Shown: positions 17,496-28,017 of the stretch, piece by piece
Numbering within the stretch: position 1 is the first letter of the stretch
How the letters are laid out: each line of letters opens with the position of its first letter
Origin: Trypanosoma brucei
Taxonomy: Eukaryota
Reading direction: 5' to 3'
DNA: 64,000 nucleotides
Assembly: GCA_000002445.1 (NCBI GenBank)
Contig: CM000207.1
Location: 864,001 to 928,000, forward strand
Translations under genes and position numbers: made by a program
The notes under the pieces: generated by a model
The model's database searches: none
Told to the model about the DNA's origin: nothing
What the model saw: only the letters and a program-made list of their open reading frames with translations

Positions 17496-18638
17496 ATGCA
17501 GCGCTGTAAGCTTCTGCGTTCTATTGATTTTAGCGGCGTTCGGCTACCCCGAAAGTACATATCTATGGGCGGATGGTGCGGCCCTGCGTTGTTGCTCGGG
17601 AAGGTGGGGCTACGCACTGAGGCCTATCCTTTTGACTTTAGCCGGTGTACCCTCGATGGTATTTTACATTTCATCCAGAACGGTTTCTCGTGCGGCTTTT
17701 ACCCACCGGAGCCGCCTCCATATAAACCTGAATGCGTTGGCATTTGGGTTTTATTTCGCGGACTGCATACAGCCTTTGCTCACTTCGACCTTAACGATCC
17801 CAAAATAAAGGCCCAGTTCAGTCGCAAGATGGCTCGTTGGAACAACATCATTGATAAACCAGATATGCCGGTCACCTTCTTTCGCTCTATAGTTTCCCGC
17901 GATCCTCTGGAGGAGGTTCATCTCATGCCCGCAGTTGAGGCCGCCATCGCGGCGCGAAACCCCTCTCTTGACTTTCGCATTGTTATGATTGCACATGATC
18001 AAGGTCTTGTTGCCCGCAGTGTGGAGCTCAAACCACTCTCCAAGAGGATATCGCTGTGGGTACTGACATATACTCGCGACGATACCTTCACTCTCTTTGA
18101 CCGCTCGCAGGAGGCTTATACTGATATTGTTTTGCACAGTGTCAACGAGGAGAACTGGCCGCTCGATCCAACGACGGTGCCACAGCCCGTCGGACTGACG
18201 GAGTCCGAGGCGGATTATCAGCAGTGCGTTTTGCGGAAGGCTGATGGAACAGACGTAAGTTTCGAATCCTTAACGGCCAGTGGGTTTCCATGGCGCAGCC
18301 ATACCAACCTTTCTCTTATCGACGGTGTGGCTAGTGTGGGCGGCACTTGCACTGGTATTGGTAGCACAAAGTGCGTTGGTGGACGCTGCGCGTTTTGCAG
18401 TAACACAGATTATCACAAGGCTGGGCGACCGTTTCACAGTGAGCGTCCCTTCACGATAGAGGAGGATGAGTTGATACTGGTTCATCTTTACCGCATCCTC
18501 ACCGGTGGGGACAAAGTAGAGGCAGTTGAAGACCTTGCTCACCAGATGAAACGGGGTGCGTTTGAAGTAATCTGTCGAATTCAGCATTTGACAAACTCCA
18601 GTGTGAAGATAATGGATTACTCAAGTGATGGAGCGTGA
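17496..18638 (+). CDS. hypothetical protein (380 aa) with N-terminal DUF1796-like (putative papain-fold) motif
   Basis: …YISMGGWCGPALLLGKVGLRTEAYPFDFSRCTLDGILHFIQNGF… matches by eye the bacterial DUF1796 N-terminal signature (S-L/M-G-x-x-C-x-x-A-x-x-L-x-x-x-G-L-R-x-x-x-x-P-F-D-W/F). The rest is non-repetitive. Confidence 0.55.
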   Translation: MQRCKLLRSIDFSGVRLPRKYISMGGWCGPALLLGKVGLRTEAYPFDFSRCTLDGILHFIQNGFSCGFYPPEPPPYKPECVGIWVLFRGLHTAFAHFDLNDPKIKAQFSRKMARWNNIIDKPDMPVTFFRSIVSRDPLEEVHLMPAVEAAIAARNPSLDFRIVMIAHDQGLVARSVELKPLSKRISLWVLTYTRDDTFTLFDRSQEAYTDIVLHSVNEENWPLDPTTVPQPVGLTESEADYQQCVLRKADGTDVSFESLTASGFPWRSHTNLSLIDGVASVGGTCTGIGSTKCVGGRCAFCSNTDYHKAGRPFHSERPFTIEEDELILVHLYRILTGGDKVEAVEDLAHQMKRGAFEVICRIQHLTNSSVKIMDYSSDGA

Positions 18639-19017
18639 AGGAGTTAGGTGGGTGGATGTGCTCGTCCGCACATTAACTCTACCTTGCCAGGTACCATCTC
18701 AGCTCACCATACGTTTCTTATATTGGTTCATACATTCATTATTTTTGTTTCTACTACTGGGTTGAATACGAGTTGTAATATTACTTCCCAGTGTGTACTT
18801 CTTGCGTACATGTGCCTGTTTCGGGCTTTGCATGTGTTTTTTATTGGCGTACTGGTTCTGCCCTATGTAAACAGTGAGTCAGCTGTTGTGTCCGCTCTCA
18901 CTGGGCTGTGTTCATAGTATCATATAGAAAAGGAAAAGGATAGCAGAGTGAAGTGGAGTGGAGTGGTTAAAAAAAAAAAATCGGCGGCCAGCTAACACAT
19001 TAGGATTGCGTGCCGGC

Positions 19018-20268
19018 ATGGCCTACCCGGTAGTTGTAATCGACAATGGGACAGGCTACACAAAGATGGGCTACGCTGGAAACGAGGAGCCGACATATAT
19101 AATCCCAACAGCTTATGCGGATAATGAAGCGTCACGCCGCCGGTCCCATGATGTTTTTAGTGATCTCGACTTTTACGTTGGAGATGAGGCACTTGCTCAC
19201 TCTAGCTCTTGTAACCTTTATCATCCGATTAAGCACGGTATTGTTGAGGACTGGGACAAGATGGAGCGGATATGGCAGCACTGCGTATACAAATACCTCC
19301 GCGTAGATCCTGAAGAACATGGCTTCATACTCACTGAACCCCCTGCAAATCCCCCAGAGAACCGCGAACATACGGCGGAAGTTATGTTCGAAACCTTTGG
19401 TGTGAAGCAGTTGCACATTGCGGTGCAGGGTGCGCTAGCGTTGCGAGCGTCGTGGACGTCAGGAAAGGCGCAACAATTGGGTCTTGTGGGGGAAAACACG
19501 GGTGTTGTTGTGGATTCTGGCGATGGCGTGACGCACATCGTGCCTATTGTCGATGGTTTTGTAATGCATAACGCTATCCAACATATCCCACTTGCGGGGC
19601 GGGACATCACGAACTTTGTGCTCGAGTGGTTGCGCGAGCGGGGCGAGCCGGTGCCAGCTGACGATGCGCTATACTTAGCCCAACACATAAAGGAGAAGTA
19701 CTGCTACATCGCACGCAACATAGCACGGGAATTTGAGACGTATGATAGTGACCTTCCAAATCACATTACTAAGCACCACGCGGTGAACAGGAAGACAGGG
19801 GAGTCATATACGGTAGATGTCGGCTACGAGAAGTTTCTCGGACCCGAGATGTTCTTCAGCCCAGACATATTTAGCAGAGAGTGGACGTTGCCGCTCCCCG
19901 ATGTTATTGACAAGGCCATTTGGTCCTGTCCAATTGACTGTAGGCGGCCGCTTTATCGCAACGTTGTACTTTCAGGTGGGACGACGATGTTTCCCAAATT
20001 CGACAAACGGCTACAGAAGGATCTGCGTGCACTCGTGAGTCGTCGCGCAAAGAAATTCACAAAGGCTCTTGGGGACCCCAGTAAGCAAATTACATATGAT
20101 GTCAATGTGGTGGCGCATGAGCGGCAGCGGTATGCAGTGTGGTACGGTGGAAGTATGCTTGGGATGAGCCCAGACTTTGCAGCGGTGGCGAAGACAAAGC
20201 AGGAGTATGACGAACACGGTCCATATGTTTGTCGGCGGAACAACATGTTCCACTCTGTTTTTGAGTAG
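19018..20268 (+). CDS. actin-related protein, Arp3-like (416 aa)
   Basis: MAYPVVVIDNGTGYTKMGYAGNEEPTYIIPT… The actin fold runs throughout (…VLSGGTTMFPKFDKRLQKDL…) and the length fits Arp3. The listed start 18958 is GTG just after an A12 run; the first ATG is 19018. Confidence 0.8.
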   Translation: MAYPVVVIDNGTGYTKMGYAGNEEPTYIIPTAYADNEASRRRSHDVFSDLDFYVGDEALAHSSSCNLYHPIKHGIVEDWDKMERIWQHCVYKYLRVDPEEHGFILTEPPANPPENREHTAEVMFETFGVKQLHIAVQGALALRASWTSGKAQQLGLVGENTGVVVDSGDGVTHIVPIVDGFVMHNAIQHIPLAGRDITNFVLEWLRERGEPVPADDALYLAQHIKEKYCYIARNIAREFETYDSDLPNHITKHHAVNRKTGESYTVDVGYEKFLGPEMFFSPDIFSREWTLPLPDVIDKAIWSCPIDCRRPLYRNVVLSGGTTMFPKFDKRLQKDLRALVSRRAKKFTKALGDPSKQITYDVNVVAHERQRYAVWYGGSMLGMSPDFAAVAKTKQEYDEHGPYVCRRNNMFHSVFE

Positions 20269-20394
20269 TGGAACGTTATCTCCCATTGCTGATATTGTTC
20301 CGCTTTACTTGTGATTCCCTCCCCCGTTGTACATGAATAAATATTTGCTTTTGTGCACGTGTTTGTGCCTCTACCTGTGGGCGAGTCCAACCCA

Positions 20395-20406
20395 CCCCCC
20401 CCCCCC
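20395..20406. repeat. C12 homopolymer followed by GGGGG(ct)GGGGG
   Basis: cccaccccccccccccctgctgggggctgggggct in the intergenic region after the Arp gene. Confidence 0.9.
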
Positions 20407-20857
20407 TGCTGGGGGCTGGGGGCTCAACAGGCTGCAACTTTGTCGTGTAAAAGCAGTTTTTTTTTAAAAAATGTACTGTTTTGTGGGTTTGTGGAAAATA
20501 GATGAATTCCCACCGAGGGGAAAAAATTGTCCTCGACGGCCACAGTACGGGTAATACACGAGTCGTTTGCCTCTTTTTACTTTTGGTGTTGCTTGGAACT
20601 GTTGTCATATGCGCAGCGGCTGCATCTTGCAATTGCAGTAGGGCATATACAGTGCGGCGTGAGGTAGAAAAAGGAAGTGTTTGTGCGCGGTGTGTGCACG
20701 TGTACCTTTGTTAACGACGTCCGCCTCCTCATTGTTCCGCAAACTCTTCGCTCCTGAGGAGGTTGCCGCGGCGTATGCAACGCTCCAGGAGTCTCAACTA
20801 TTTGACAAGGCACCATCTCTTTTCCGCGTGAGTTGGCGTAACGATGGTCAAGTGCCA

Positions 20858-21469
20858 ATGCGCTCTAAGATGGAACTGTCAGTCCCACTGCTTCGCATGC
20901 GGACCGGTGCAAAGCATGAAATTCCCTCGGCACTGCTACTAGTTGCTCAAGGTCTCGAGGCTGCGGCAATGGATTTTGCTTACGGTATAGCACAGCAACC
21001 GTCCATGCAATCTTGGGCGGGTGAGGACCTTCTCAAGGACATTGGACGACGTTCTGTCTTTCGAATATGGCGGTACGACGCTGGTGTTGGGTGTAGACCT
21101 CATTACGATCCTGGAATTTGCACTGCGCTTTTGAAAGCTTCTGCTGGGGGGTTGGAATTTGGCAAATATCCATGCAGAAGCCATGGTAATGATGAAAATA
21201 CATTGCTGCAACCCGACTGGTTTCCTCCACAACTGCCGGTGGATACTGCCGACACCATGGTATTGGCGGGGAACATGACAGGGCTCCTATCAAGAGGTGC
21301 GATTCCCGCCGTGCTGCACCGCGTGCGCTCCGACTGGGCCGACCATGTGGACTCCAAACGTTATAGTCTCGTTGTAGAGCTACGCCCGGCGGAGCCTAAC
21401 CGTTGGTATAAACTACTTGGGCATTGCAGCGTCGCTCACGGCTGCGTTTCTCTTAGAGGATGCGGCTAA
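20858..21469 (+). CDS. 2-oxoglutarate/Fe(II)-dependent oxygenase-like protein (start uncertain)
   Basis: HxD…H…RxS arrangement: …CRPHYDPGICTALLKASAGGLEF… then …AIPAVLHRVRSDW… and …KRYSLVVELRP… The listed ORF start 20681 is TTG. The upstream in-frame translation looks protein-like, so the true start or reading frame is uncertain. Confidence 0.45.
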   Translation: MRSKMELSVPLLRMRTGAKHEIPSALLLVAQGLEAAAMDFAYGIAQQPSMQSWAGEDLLKDIGRRSVFRIWRYDAGVGCRPHYDPGICTALLKASAGGLEFGKYPCRSHGNDENTLLQPDWFPPQLPVDTADTMVLAGNMTGLLSRGAIPAVLHRVRSDWADHVDSKRYSLVVELRPAEPNRWYKLLGHCSVAHGCVSLRGCG

Positions 21470-21561
21470 GAGGTAGTTCACCCCAGCTCCGCGCGTATAA
21501 GCAATACACTCTGTGAGTCTCATTGAGCATAGCTTTGCCAGTAGTGTTACAAAGCAGTGAA

Positions 21562-21585
21562 TGTGTGTGTGTGTGTGTGTGTGTG
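21562..21585. repeat. (TG)n microsatellite
   Basis: tgtgtgtgtgtgtgtgtgtgtgtg. Confidence 0.9.
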
Positions 21586-22098
21586 CGTGGGGGTTGAGCG
21601 GTGTAAAAAAGGAGTGTGGATAAGAGTAGCCTCCCTTCGTGTATTTCTGCACCCTCACGTAGTGCCCGTTCATGATTTATGGGATTAGCTGTCGTATTAT
21701 GATCATGGGGAGGGTCTGGTGCGTGTTGTGTTAACGGACGCAGCTTCTCAAGCAAAACCTCACTTAACTTGTTCAACTTTGGGCATATTTTTGTTCCTTT
21801 GTTCTTAACCAAGTGCATGCTGTTTCCTTTCTTACCTTCTTAGTATTGCATTAAGGAAGAAAGTTTTCCTCCCTTTGTAGATTTGCAGAGATTTAGTAGA
21901 GTGACGAACAAGTGTGGATTCCCACACTTTTTTGTTATCGTCTCTTCCTCGAAGCATATACTTGCGCCTGTGTTTTAATAACAAAGAGGCCTAATCAAAT
22001 AAGCAATTTCATCAATACTCACGTACATATACATATCATTATCTTGATAGTGTCGTTAACGGGCTGTTCACTTCTCTTTTACTCATCGAGTCGGCGAT

Positions 22099-24324
22099 AT
22101 GATGACAAAAACCTATGGGTCGAAAAACCCGTCTTCCAATGTGCCCCTTCATTTGGCTGGACCACCTCCCTTTGCCTTCTCAGACGGACGCGCGCCGACC
22201 CGGGGGAACATGCGAAGTTTTCCAACGCCTTCATCAGCCGGGCTTTCGAGCTCGGTGCACCTCCCTCCCCGATCCCAGGGCAGCGACAGGCGGTCGTTTG
22301 TTTTGAGCGAGATCAGTGGTGCGAGTGACCAACTTCTAAGGACTCTGCACCGTGAACTGTGCAATCTCTCAGCGCACACTGAATCGGGTGTCTCGAGATC
22401 GTGTAGAGGTGAGAGCACTAACCGTGACAGTGCAAGTCCATCCCGTGCCAACATAACAGGACATGGCTTCGACGAGCAGGCACCTATATCCCAGTTATCA
22501 AGCGAAGAGGTACGAACTGCCCTCTCTCTGATAATTCACAAACAGAACCTAGACCTAAAGTCGAGACACCAGCGCCTGAGGCAACTTGCTGAAGAGAATA
22601 AAAAAGGAGATACAATGGGAACGTCATCTGACGGCGGTGTTCTCAACGAACCATGTTGCTTGGTGTTGCACAGAATACTTGCTGAGGCACGCCGCCGGTG
22701 GATGCGTATTCTTTCCTCGCGTGTGCAGGGGCTGAAGAAAGAATTGCCGGTGAGGGAACATCCACAGTCTAATGATGCCCATACTACGAGCGGTGTGAGC
22801 AATGCTAATGCCCTGGATGACAGCATTAGCGGTGTTGACAGTGACGAAGAAATGGAGTGGTCAGTAGAACATCTGTACGAGACACTGGTGTCTGGTCTCA
22901 ATAGCACTGTGACGGAGGAGTTGATCGTGACAGAAATACTGGGGGGAGACACGACGGCGTTACACGATGGTATCGACGCCTTTGGGTTGTTAACTGTGTT
23001 TCGCGCACCTGTTCAGGCAATGCTGGTCCAGCATCAGGAAGCTCTGGCACCGAGTCTCTCTACGCTCCGCCAATATTTCGCAGCGCTTCATCCGTCAGCG
23101 GGTTGCCCGCGGGCTCACGGGTCAGCGAGTCGTGCGGCTGCTTGCAGTGCTTACAGCCAATTGAATGACTTCTTGAATCCTGGTGGTAGCACCCCTAAAT
23201 CGGTGGCGGCCGCACTGCGAAGAGGTGCGAGTCCGTCGATGCGGCGTCTGCTCTACGCACGAGCACTTCAGCTGCAATTGGTCGTGTTGGAGGGTGGCTC
23301 AACAAACAATGCGCCCGGGGAATTGCATGGTAGCAACTGTGGAGATGTCATTGGAAGGTGCGTCTCTTTCGGAACGTCTCGAAATCTTGAGAGCATGAGG
23401 CGGCGCGTACACCACAAATACGCTGTGAAGGGAATGGAAGTTACCGTTAAGGTACTACAAGCTGTTGTGAAAGTAGACAACATGCAAAGCGTGGGTGACA
23501 GCGACAGGTACTTCATCTTCTTGGACGAAACGGAGGCGCTTGGAACCACATTAATTGTGGACAAGGATGTGTCCGATGTGCATCTGAAGTCTACTCTGGC
23601 ACAATTGGGGCGACCACCGGAGCAAATTGAATCATATTTGGTTTACCTTCTTCACGCGGACGTGCCGTCGGCTGACGCGGGACAACAGCGCACCCAACAG
23701 CAGCATCAGCAAACAAAAACACAGCACCTTCTCCCCTCGGGATTTTTTCCCGTTGAGAAGTGCACGTTGCTCATTGCACCTATTTGCTACATTACAGGCG
23801 ACACGACGGAGCAATATAGTCTCGTCGTAGCGCTTTTTGGGCAACTGTGGTGTCGCCTGCAAGGCCCCACTCCGGAGCTGGCGCAATGCTGTTGGATATT
23901 CGAGTCTTTGGTTGTACGCTTTGCCGCGCCTGCGTGTCTGCATGCAACGCGTGCTCTTCGGTACCCGCCACTGCGGCTGGCACTTCGGTGGATGATGACA
24001 GCCTTTGCGGATGTGCTTGAACCGAATGAGCTGCTAAACCTGTGGGATCTTGTCCTCTCTTATCACATCGAAGAGGTATTCAGTGGTCACACATCTTTAA
24101 GTTTGCCGATGTGTGCGTGTGGTCGTTCGAGGGGTTCTCAAAGGTTGCTTCCAGCGCCGTGTGCTCTGTGGCTTTTGCCCATAGTCGCTGCAAGCATATT
24201 TGTATACCGGGCCCCCCTGGTGGAACGTTGTGGAACTGCCGAAGAGATGTTGCTGCTTTTTACTACCGGTCATCATTTACGGTGCCGGCCGCTGTTGCAA
24301 TACCTTCTGTTTATGGCGAAGTGA
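22099..24324 (+). CDS. hypothetical protein (741 aa); C-terminal region weakly resembles the distal half of a TBC/RabGAP fold
   Basis: Long non-repetitive ORF starting ATGATG. …LRLALRWMMTAFADVLEPNELLNLWDLVLSYHIEE resembles the W..T.F…LWD..L segment of TBC domains. I did not find IxxDxxR/YxQ fingers, so this is at most a divergent TBC. Confidence 0.55.
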   Translation: MMTKTYGSKNPSSNVPLHLAGPPPFAFSDGRAPTRGNMRSFPTPSSAGLSSSVHLPPRSQGSDRRSFVLSEISGASDQLLRTLHRELCNLSAHTESGVSRSCRGESTNRDSASPSRANITGHGFDEQAPISQLSSEEVRTALSLIIHKQNLDLKSRHQRLRQLAEENKKGDTMGTSSDGGVLNEPCCLVLHRILAEARRRWMRILSSRVQGLKKELPVREHPQSNDAHTTSGVSNANALDDSISGVDSDEEMEWSVEHLYETLVSGLNSTVTEELIVTEILGGDTTALHDGIDAFGLLTVFRAPVQAMLVQHQEALAPSLSTLRQYFAALHPSAGCPRAHGSASRAAACSAYSQLNDFLNPGGSTPKSVAAALRRGASPSMRRLLYARALQLQLVVLEGGSTNNAPGELHGSNCGDVIGRCVSFGTSRNLESMRRRVHHKYAVKGMEVTVKVLQAVVKVDNMQSVGDSDRYFIFLDETEALGTTLIVDKDVSDVHLKSTLAQLGRPPEQIESYLVYLLHADVPSADAGQQRTQQQHQQTKTQHLLPSGFFPVEKCTLLIAPICYITGDTTEQYSLVVALFGQLWCRLQGPTPELAQCCWIFESLVVRFAAPACLHATRALRYPPLRLALRWMMTAFADVLEPNELLNLWDLVLSYHIEEVFSGHTSLSLPMCACGRSRGSQRLLPAPCALWLLPIVAASIFVYRAPLVERCGTAEEMLLLFTTGHHLRCRPLLQYLLFMAK

Positions 24325-24941
24325 TGTTAAAGCGGACAGGAAAAAAGGATAGTAGGGATGACGGTGTAGGTTCGCAACATGCTACTGAATACTCAAAATA
24401 TGTGTATGATGTCGGTGGTTCGTTTGTGAGAGTGTGCTTATGCTGTTGTATCTCTTACTCTCTACATTCCTGTAGTTTTTATCTTTCGTCGTGGAGAGCG
24501 TTAGTTGCGTGTAAGTGGAAAGTTTCGGCATGTATCTGGTGCGTGTATGTGTATATATATACATGGGAGGAGGAACCTTATTTGATCCGATTGCCTGTCA
24601 CACTTCCTTCCCTTTCTTTTTCTTCGTCGAAATTCTTCCCACTAGGGGAAGTAATAAATGTATCGTTTTATTTTCTTTTTTTATTCTTGTGCTACCCACC
24701 ATTTGTTGCGCAAATATTTAGAGGAATTTTCTTCGTAGCACATGGGGAGTGTTCGAATAGGTCGTCATTACTCACCTTTGCCTGTTAACTTGTTTTTGTT
24801 TCATATTGAGACATTCGTTGTCGCTTTGATTACCCGAACGAGTGCCACTGTTCCTTGTTGGGAGAATGGCCCCTATAAACTTTTTCATGTTTTTAACTCT
24901 TCCGTTCCCTTTTCTTTATCGTCTATTCTTAACTTCCTTCA

Positions 24942-25649
24942 ATGTCTTGCGATCAATTAACATGTGCTGATAAGAGAAACTTCGTTGTTATTATGTCTAT
25001 TGAGAGGCTTCGGCGTGAGGTTGAACAGCAGGAGCGCCGCGTGGCCGCCTTGCGAGAAAAAAAGGTCCGTCGCTACGCCGTGTTGTCGCAGGTGCGTCTT
25101 CTTATGAATACCACAGATCCCACAAGCTTTACTGCTTTGAGCAACAGTTTATGGCAGTTACTGCACGATATGGCCGCTGCGGAGACACTTGCGGTTAATG
25201 GTGATGATCCAACCATTACTGAATCGGTGTCTCGCAGCGCATCTGACGGCCTTTTTAGCAAGGAGATGGAGCAACGTATAATGCAGGAGGAGGAACCACC
25301 GTTGAAGGGAGAATGGAGCTATGAGGATGAGGATGAAAGTGTGGACCAAAAGAAAAGAAAGAAAAGGCGCAGAAGGCAAAAACAACGCAAAGAGCGACTA
25401 GGCGGAGTTGAGGCAACGGGTAGGACTTTGGCACTAGCGGAAGACAACGCAAGAAGTGCCCTTCTGGCCGCTGTGGATGCGTTGCAACTCGATGGTGCTC
25501 CACAGCAGGTAGTTGGTGTACCGGAATGGCTTGCAGACGTTGAGACCACTGAGCCGGGGGAATTGTACTCAGGCGGTAAAAGTGACGGTAGCGATAAGGA
25601 GGAAGAAAATGTCTACTCAGATGATTTCGATGAACTTAGCGATGATTAA
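24942..25649 (+). CDS. hypothetical acidic protein with basic NLS-like cluster (235 aa)
   Basis: …DQKKRKKRRRRQKQRKER… flanked by acidic stretches; C-terminus SDDFDELSDD. Confidence 0.45.
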   Translation: MSCDQLTCADKRNFVVIMSIERLRREVEQQERRVAALREKKVRRYAVLSQVRLLMNTTDPTSFTALSNSLWQLLHDMAAAETLAVNGDDPTITESVSRSASDGLFSKEMEQRIMQEEEPPLKGEWSYEDEDESVDQKKRKKRRRRQKQRKERLGGVEATGRTLALAEDNARSALLAAVDALQLDGAPQQVVGVPEWLADVETTEPGELYSGGKSDGSDKEEENVYSDDFDELSDD

Positions 25650-25953
25650 ATGGATAACAACGCGAGTTAGAACCGATGACTGTCTTTCTGCGTCTTGTTT
25701 TCATTGCGATTGTTAACGTGATCTTTGCCAGCATCAGGGCACGTTCGCCTCCTTCACGTATTGTTCAAAAAAAGGGGGGGAATAAATTACCCTTAGCAGG
25801 TTTTTGCGGCGTAGAGCTGATTTTGCTTCGTCAGTGTTTGTACCAACGTTATGTTTTCCCAGAAATTGCCTCTGCGGCGTAAATTGGAACAAAACTGTGT
25901 ATCCTCCCCTTTTGACCACCCGGATGGTTTCGTGTGTGCAAACGCATGCATGC

Positions 25954-25973
25954 ATATATATATATATATATAT
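25954..25973. repeat. (AT)n microsatellite
   Basis: atatatatatatatatatat. Confidence 0.9.
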
Positions 25974-27123
25974 TAGCACACGTGTTCTCACACGCAGAAG
26001 TCATATTGTTGGAGCTTTTGACGCTCCTTCACTGTAAGATTACCGTCATTTTTGTCTTTGACCTTTAAGGCACACAAATTTCTGTTTTTGGTCCGCTTGC
26101 CAAAACCTTTCCAGCAGGCAACGGCTGCAGCTCATTTGTTTTCCATGGGTTCTTTCACGTCTGCGGGCCACTCGTGCTGTATTTTGCGGGAGGAGTGGAT
26201 GGCATCATCAAGTACGATGGACGCTGTTGCTGTTCGGTAGGTGGTGACTGTGACGAAGCAACTGTATTTTGCTGTGTGACTTAAGTGCGGAACTCACGGG
26301 GTTTTGTCACAACAACCATCGGCTTGCCAGAGGTGGCACTGACGGGAAAAGTATCGTCACGCTTAGTCTGTCGAAAAATTCGGAAAGCACGTGTTACGGT
26401 GTTTTGCTGGCTTCACAACCACGGGAACGTGAATGATGAGTCGCGACGCATCGCCGTTGAAGTAATCAAAGTATAGAGGGACAGATGCTTTGAACTCTGT
26501 TGCAATTTGCACCACGGCAACTCTTTTCCTTTTGTGTTCGAGAGTGTGGTATCACCACTGAACATATATTTCGGTATTTTCCTGTGCACATTTCTGCCCT
26601 TTACCTCCGTACCTTCCCATGTGAATTGGTCCTGTGGGGCTGGTGTTGTTGGACTTCCCCCCTCCCTCTTGCTCACTTTGTCAGAATTGCGTAACTCTTT
26701 GGTTCAGTTCTTTTCCATTTCACCTGTTTTTATTTTTGATCATTGTTTTCGTTTACTTCCTGTGCTCGGATGTGCTGCCGGAAAATGGATGGGTCTCACA
26801 GATCATTTTCCAGTGAACGTTTTGTCTTTTCACCGTGCGGCTGCCGCCATCCAATTCAGGGAAAGCATCATGCACCATGATAAAGGAATAATTTTATAAC
26901 GTCTGATCCTTACGGCGCTTCAGGTCATGTTTGCTCCATTTTCTCCTTTGATAGTGCGACTTATAGTGAGCTTTGACCATGTATTTTATTTTTCCCCTAT
27001 AAAACATCTGACCTCTCCCTGCTCTGTACACATGGGAGCGATTTATACTAGTATTTGTTGATACTATTGTCTCCGTCTTTTTCTTCCTAATCCTTTTTCC
27101 ATATCGTTGGTAGAGCCAACATA

Positions 27124-28017
27124 ATGATTTACAGCGATAACAACAATCCACGCGAGGACAGCGTATTCCTCCGCGTGAAGCGGGCCGTACGTTGTGGAGG
27201 TCGCGGACCTGTTACGGGCCCCATTCAAATGGTGGATTTTCTTCGCGACTTCCGCTGCTTGGAGGAGGAGCAGCGTGCCTCTGGTAGGAAAGGGGTGACT
27301 CACAAGCAGTTCGTAAAGCTCATGGAACAATACGGTACGAAACTGCGGGAAGGCGACGCTGCATACCTTTGTAAGGCCTTCGATGACGATAATGATGGTT
27401 ACATCAATCCGGAGCGTTTTGTCCGTCACTTTACTGGACTTAACCAGCGGCGTCATAATGCCGTTCTTCGTGCATGGGCATCACTTCCAAAAGACGCGAA
27501 GGGTCGCGTACGGCGGAATCATTTGAACGAGCGTTTCTCTGAGACCGTCACGCACGGAGACGTTTGGGGGACCTTTTCCTCTACCGTTCCACGGGAGGCG
27601 CAGGCCAACAATGCCGATGATGATAGTGATGATCCCACGCTGTGCTTTGAGGAGTTCCTCGCATTCTACGCCGCTGTTAGTGTAGAAATTCCTCTAGATG
27701 AGAAGTTTGAACTCTTCTTGCTGAGGGAGTGGTGTGCCGATTCTTCAAGGGCTCCCGTCATGAACTCGACTTTGCGGGAATGGGGGCAGGGCGGTGATCC
27801 TCTGGCGATTGGGAAACCGCTATACGTACAGGATGTTCTCGACCGCCCGCTAGGGCTCTCCACGAAGAGCTATAATTATGAACACATGAAACGTGTCCAC
27901 CCTTACATCCCCCCGTTGCCACCACTTCAGCTACCATATTTGAGCACGATGCGGAAGGACTACCGTGAATTTTCAACACAAGAGCGCGCCTTGTCGAATA
28001 CACTGCACGGGAGGTAA
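27124..28017 (+). CDS. hypothetical protein with EF-hand-like motifs (297 aa)
   Basis: …AYLCKAFDDDNDGYINPERFVRHF… (a DxDxDG-like loop, one residue off canonical spacing) plus further helix-loop-helix-like segments (…LCFEEFLAFYAAVS…). Confidence 0.5.
   Translation: MIYSDNNNPREDSVFLRVKRAVRCGGRGPVTGPIQMVDFLRDFRCLEEEQRASGRKGVTHKQFVKLMEQYGTKLREGDAAYLCKAFDDDNDGYINPERFVRHFTGLNQRRHNAVLRAWASLPKDAKGRVRRNHLNERFSETVTHGDVWGTFSSTVPREAQANNADDDSDDPTLCFEEFLAFYAAVSVEIPLDEKFELFLLREWCADSSRAPVMNSTLREWGQGGDPLAIGKPLYVQDVLDRPLGLSTKSYNYEHMKRVHPYIPPLPPLQLPYLSTMRKDYREFSTQERALSNTLHGR

Noticed and set aside
24042-24788. 248-aa + strand ORF overlapping the 3' end of the 741-aa gene in another frame
   Set aside because: The overlapping frame of a strongly supported longer ORF, then runs through a pyrimidine-rich intergenic tract. 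Translation is low-complexity (F/L/C/S-rich).
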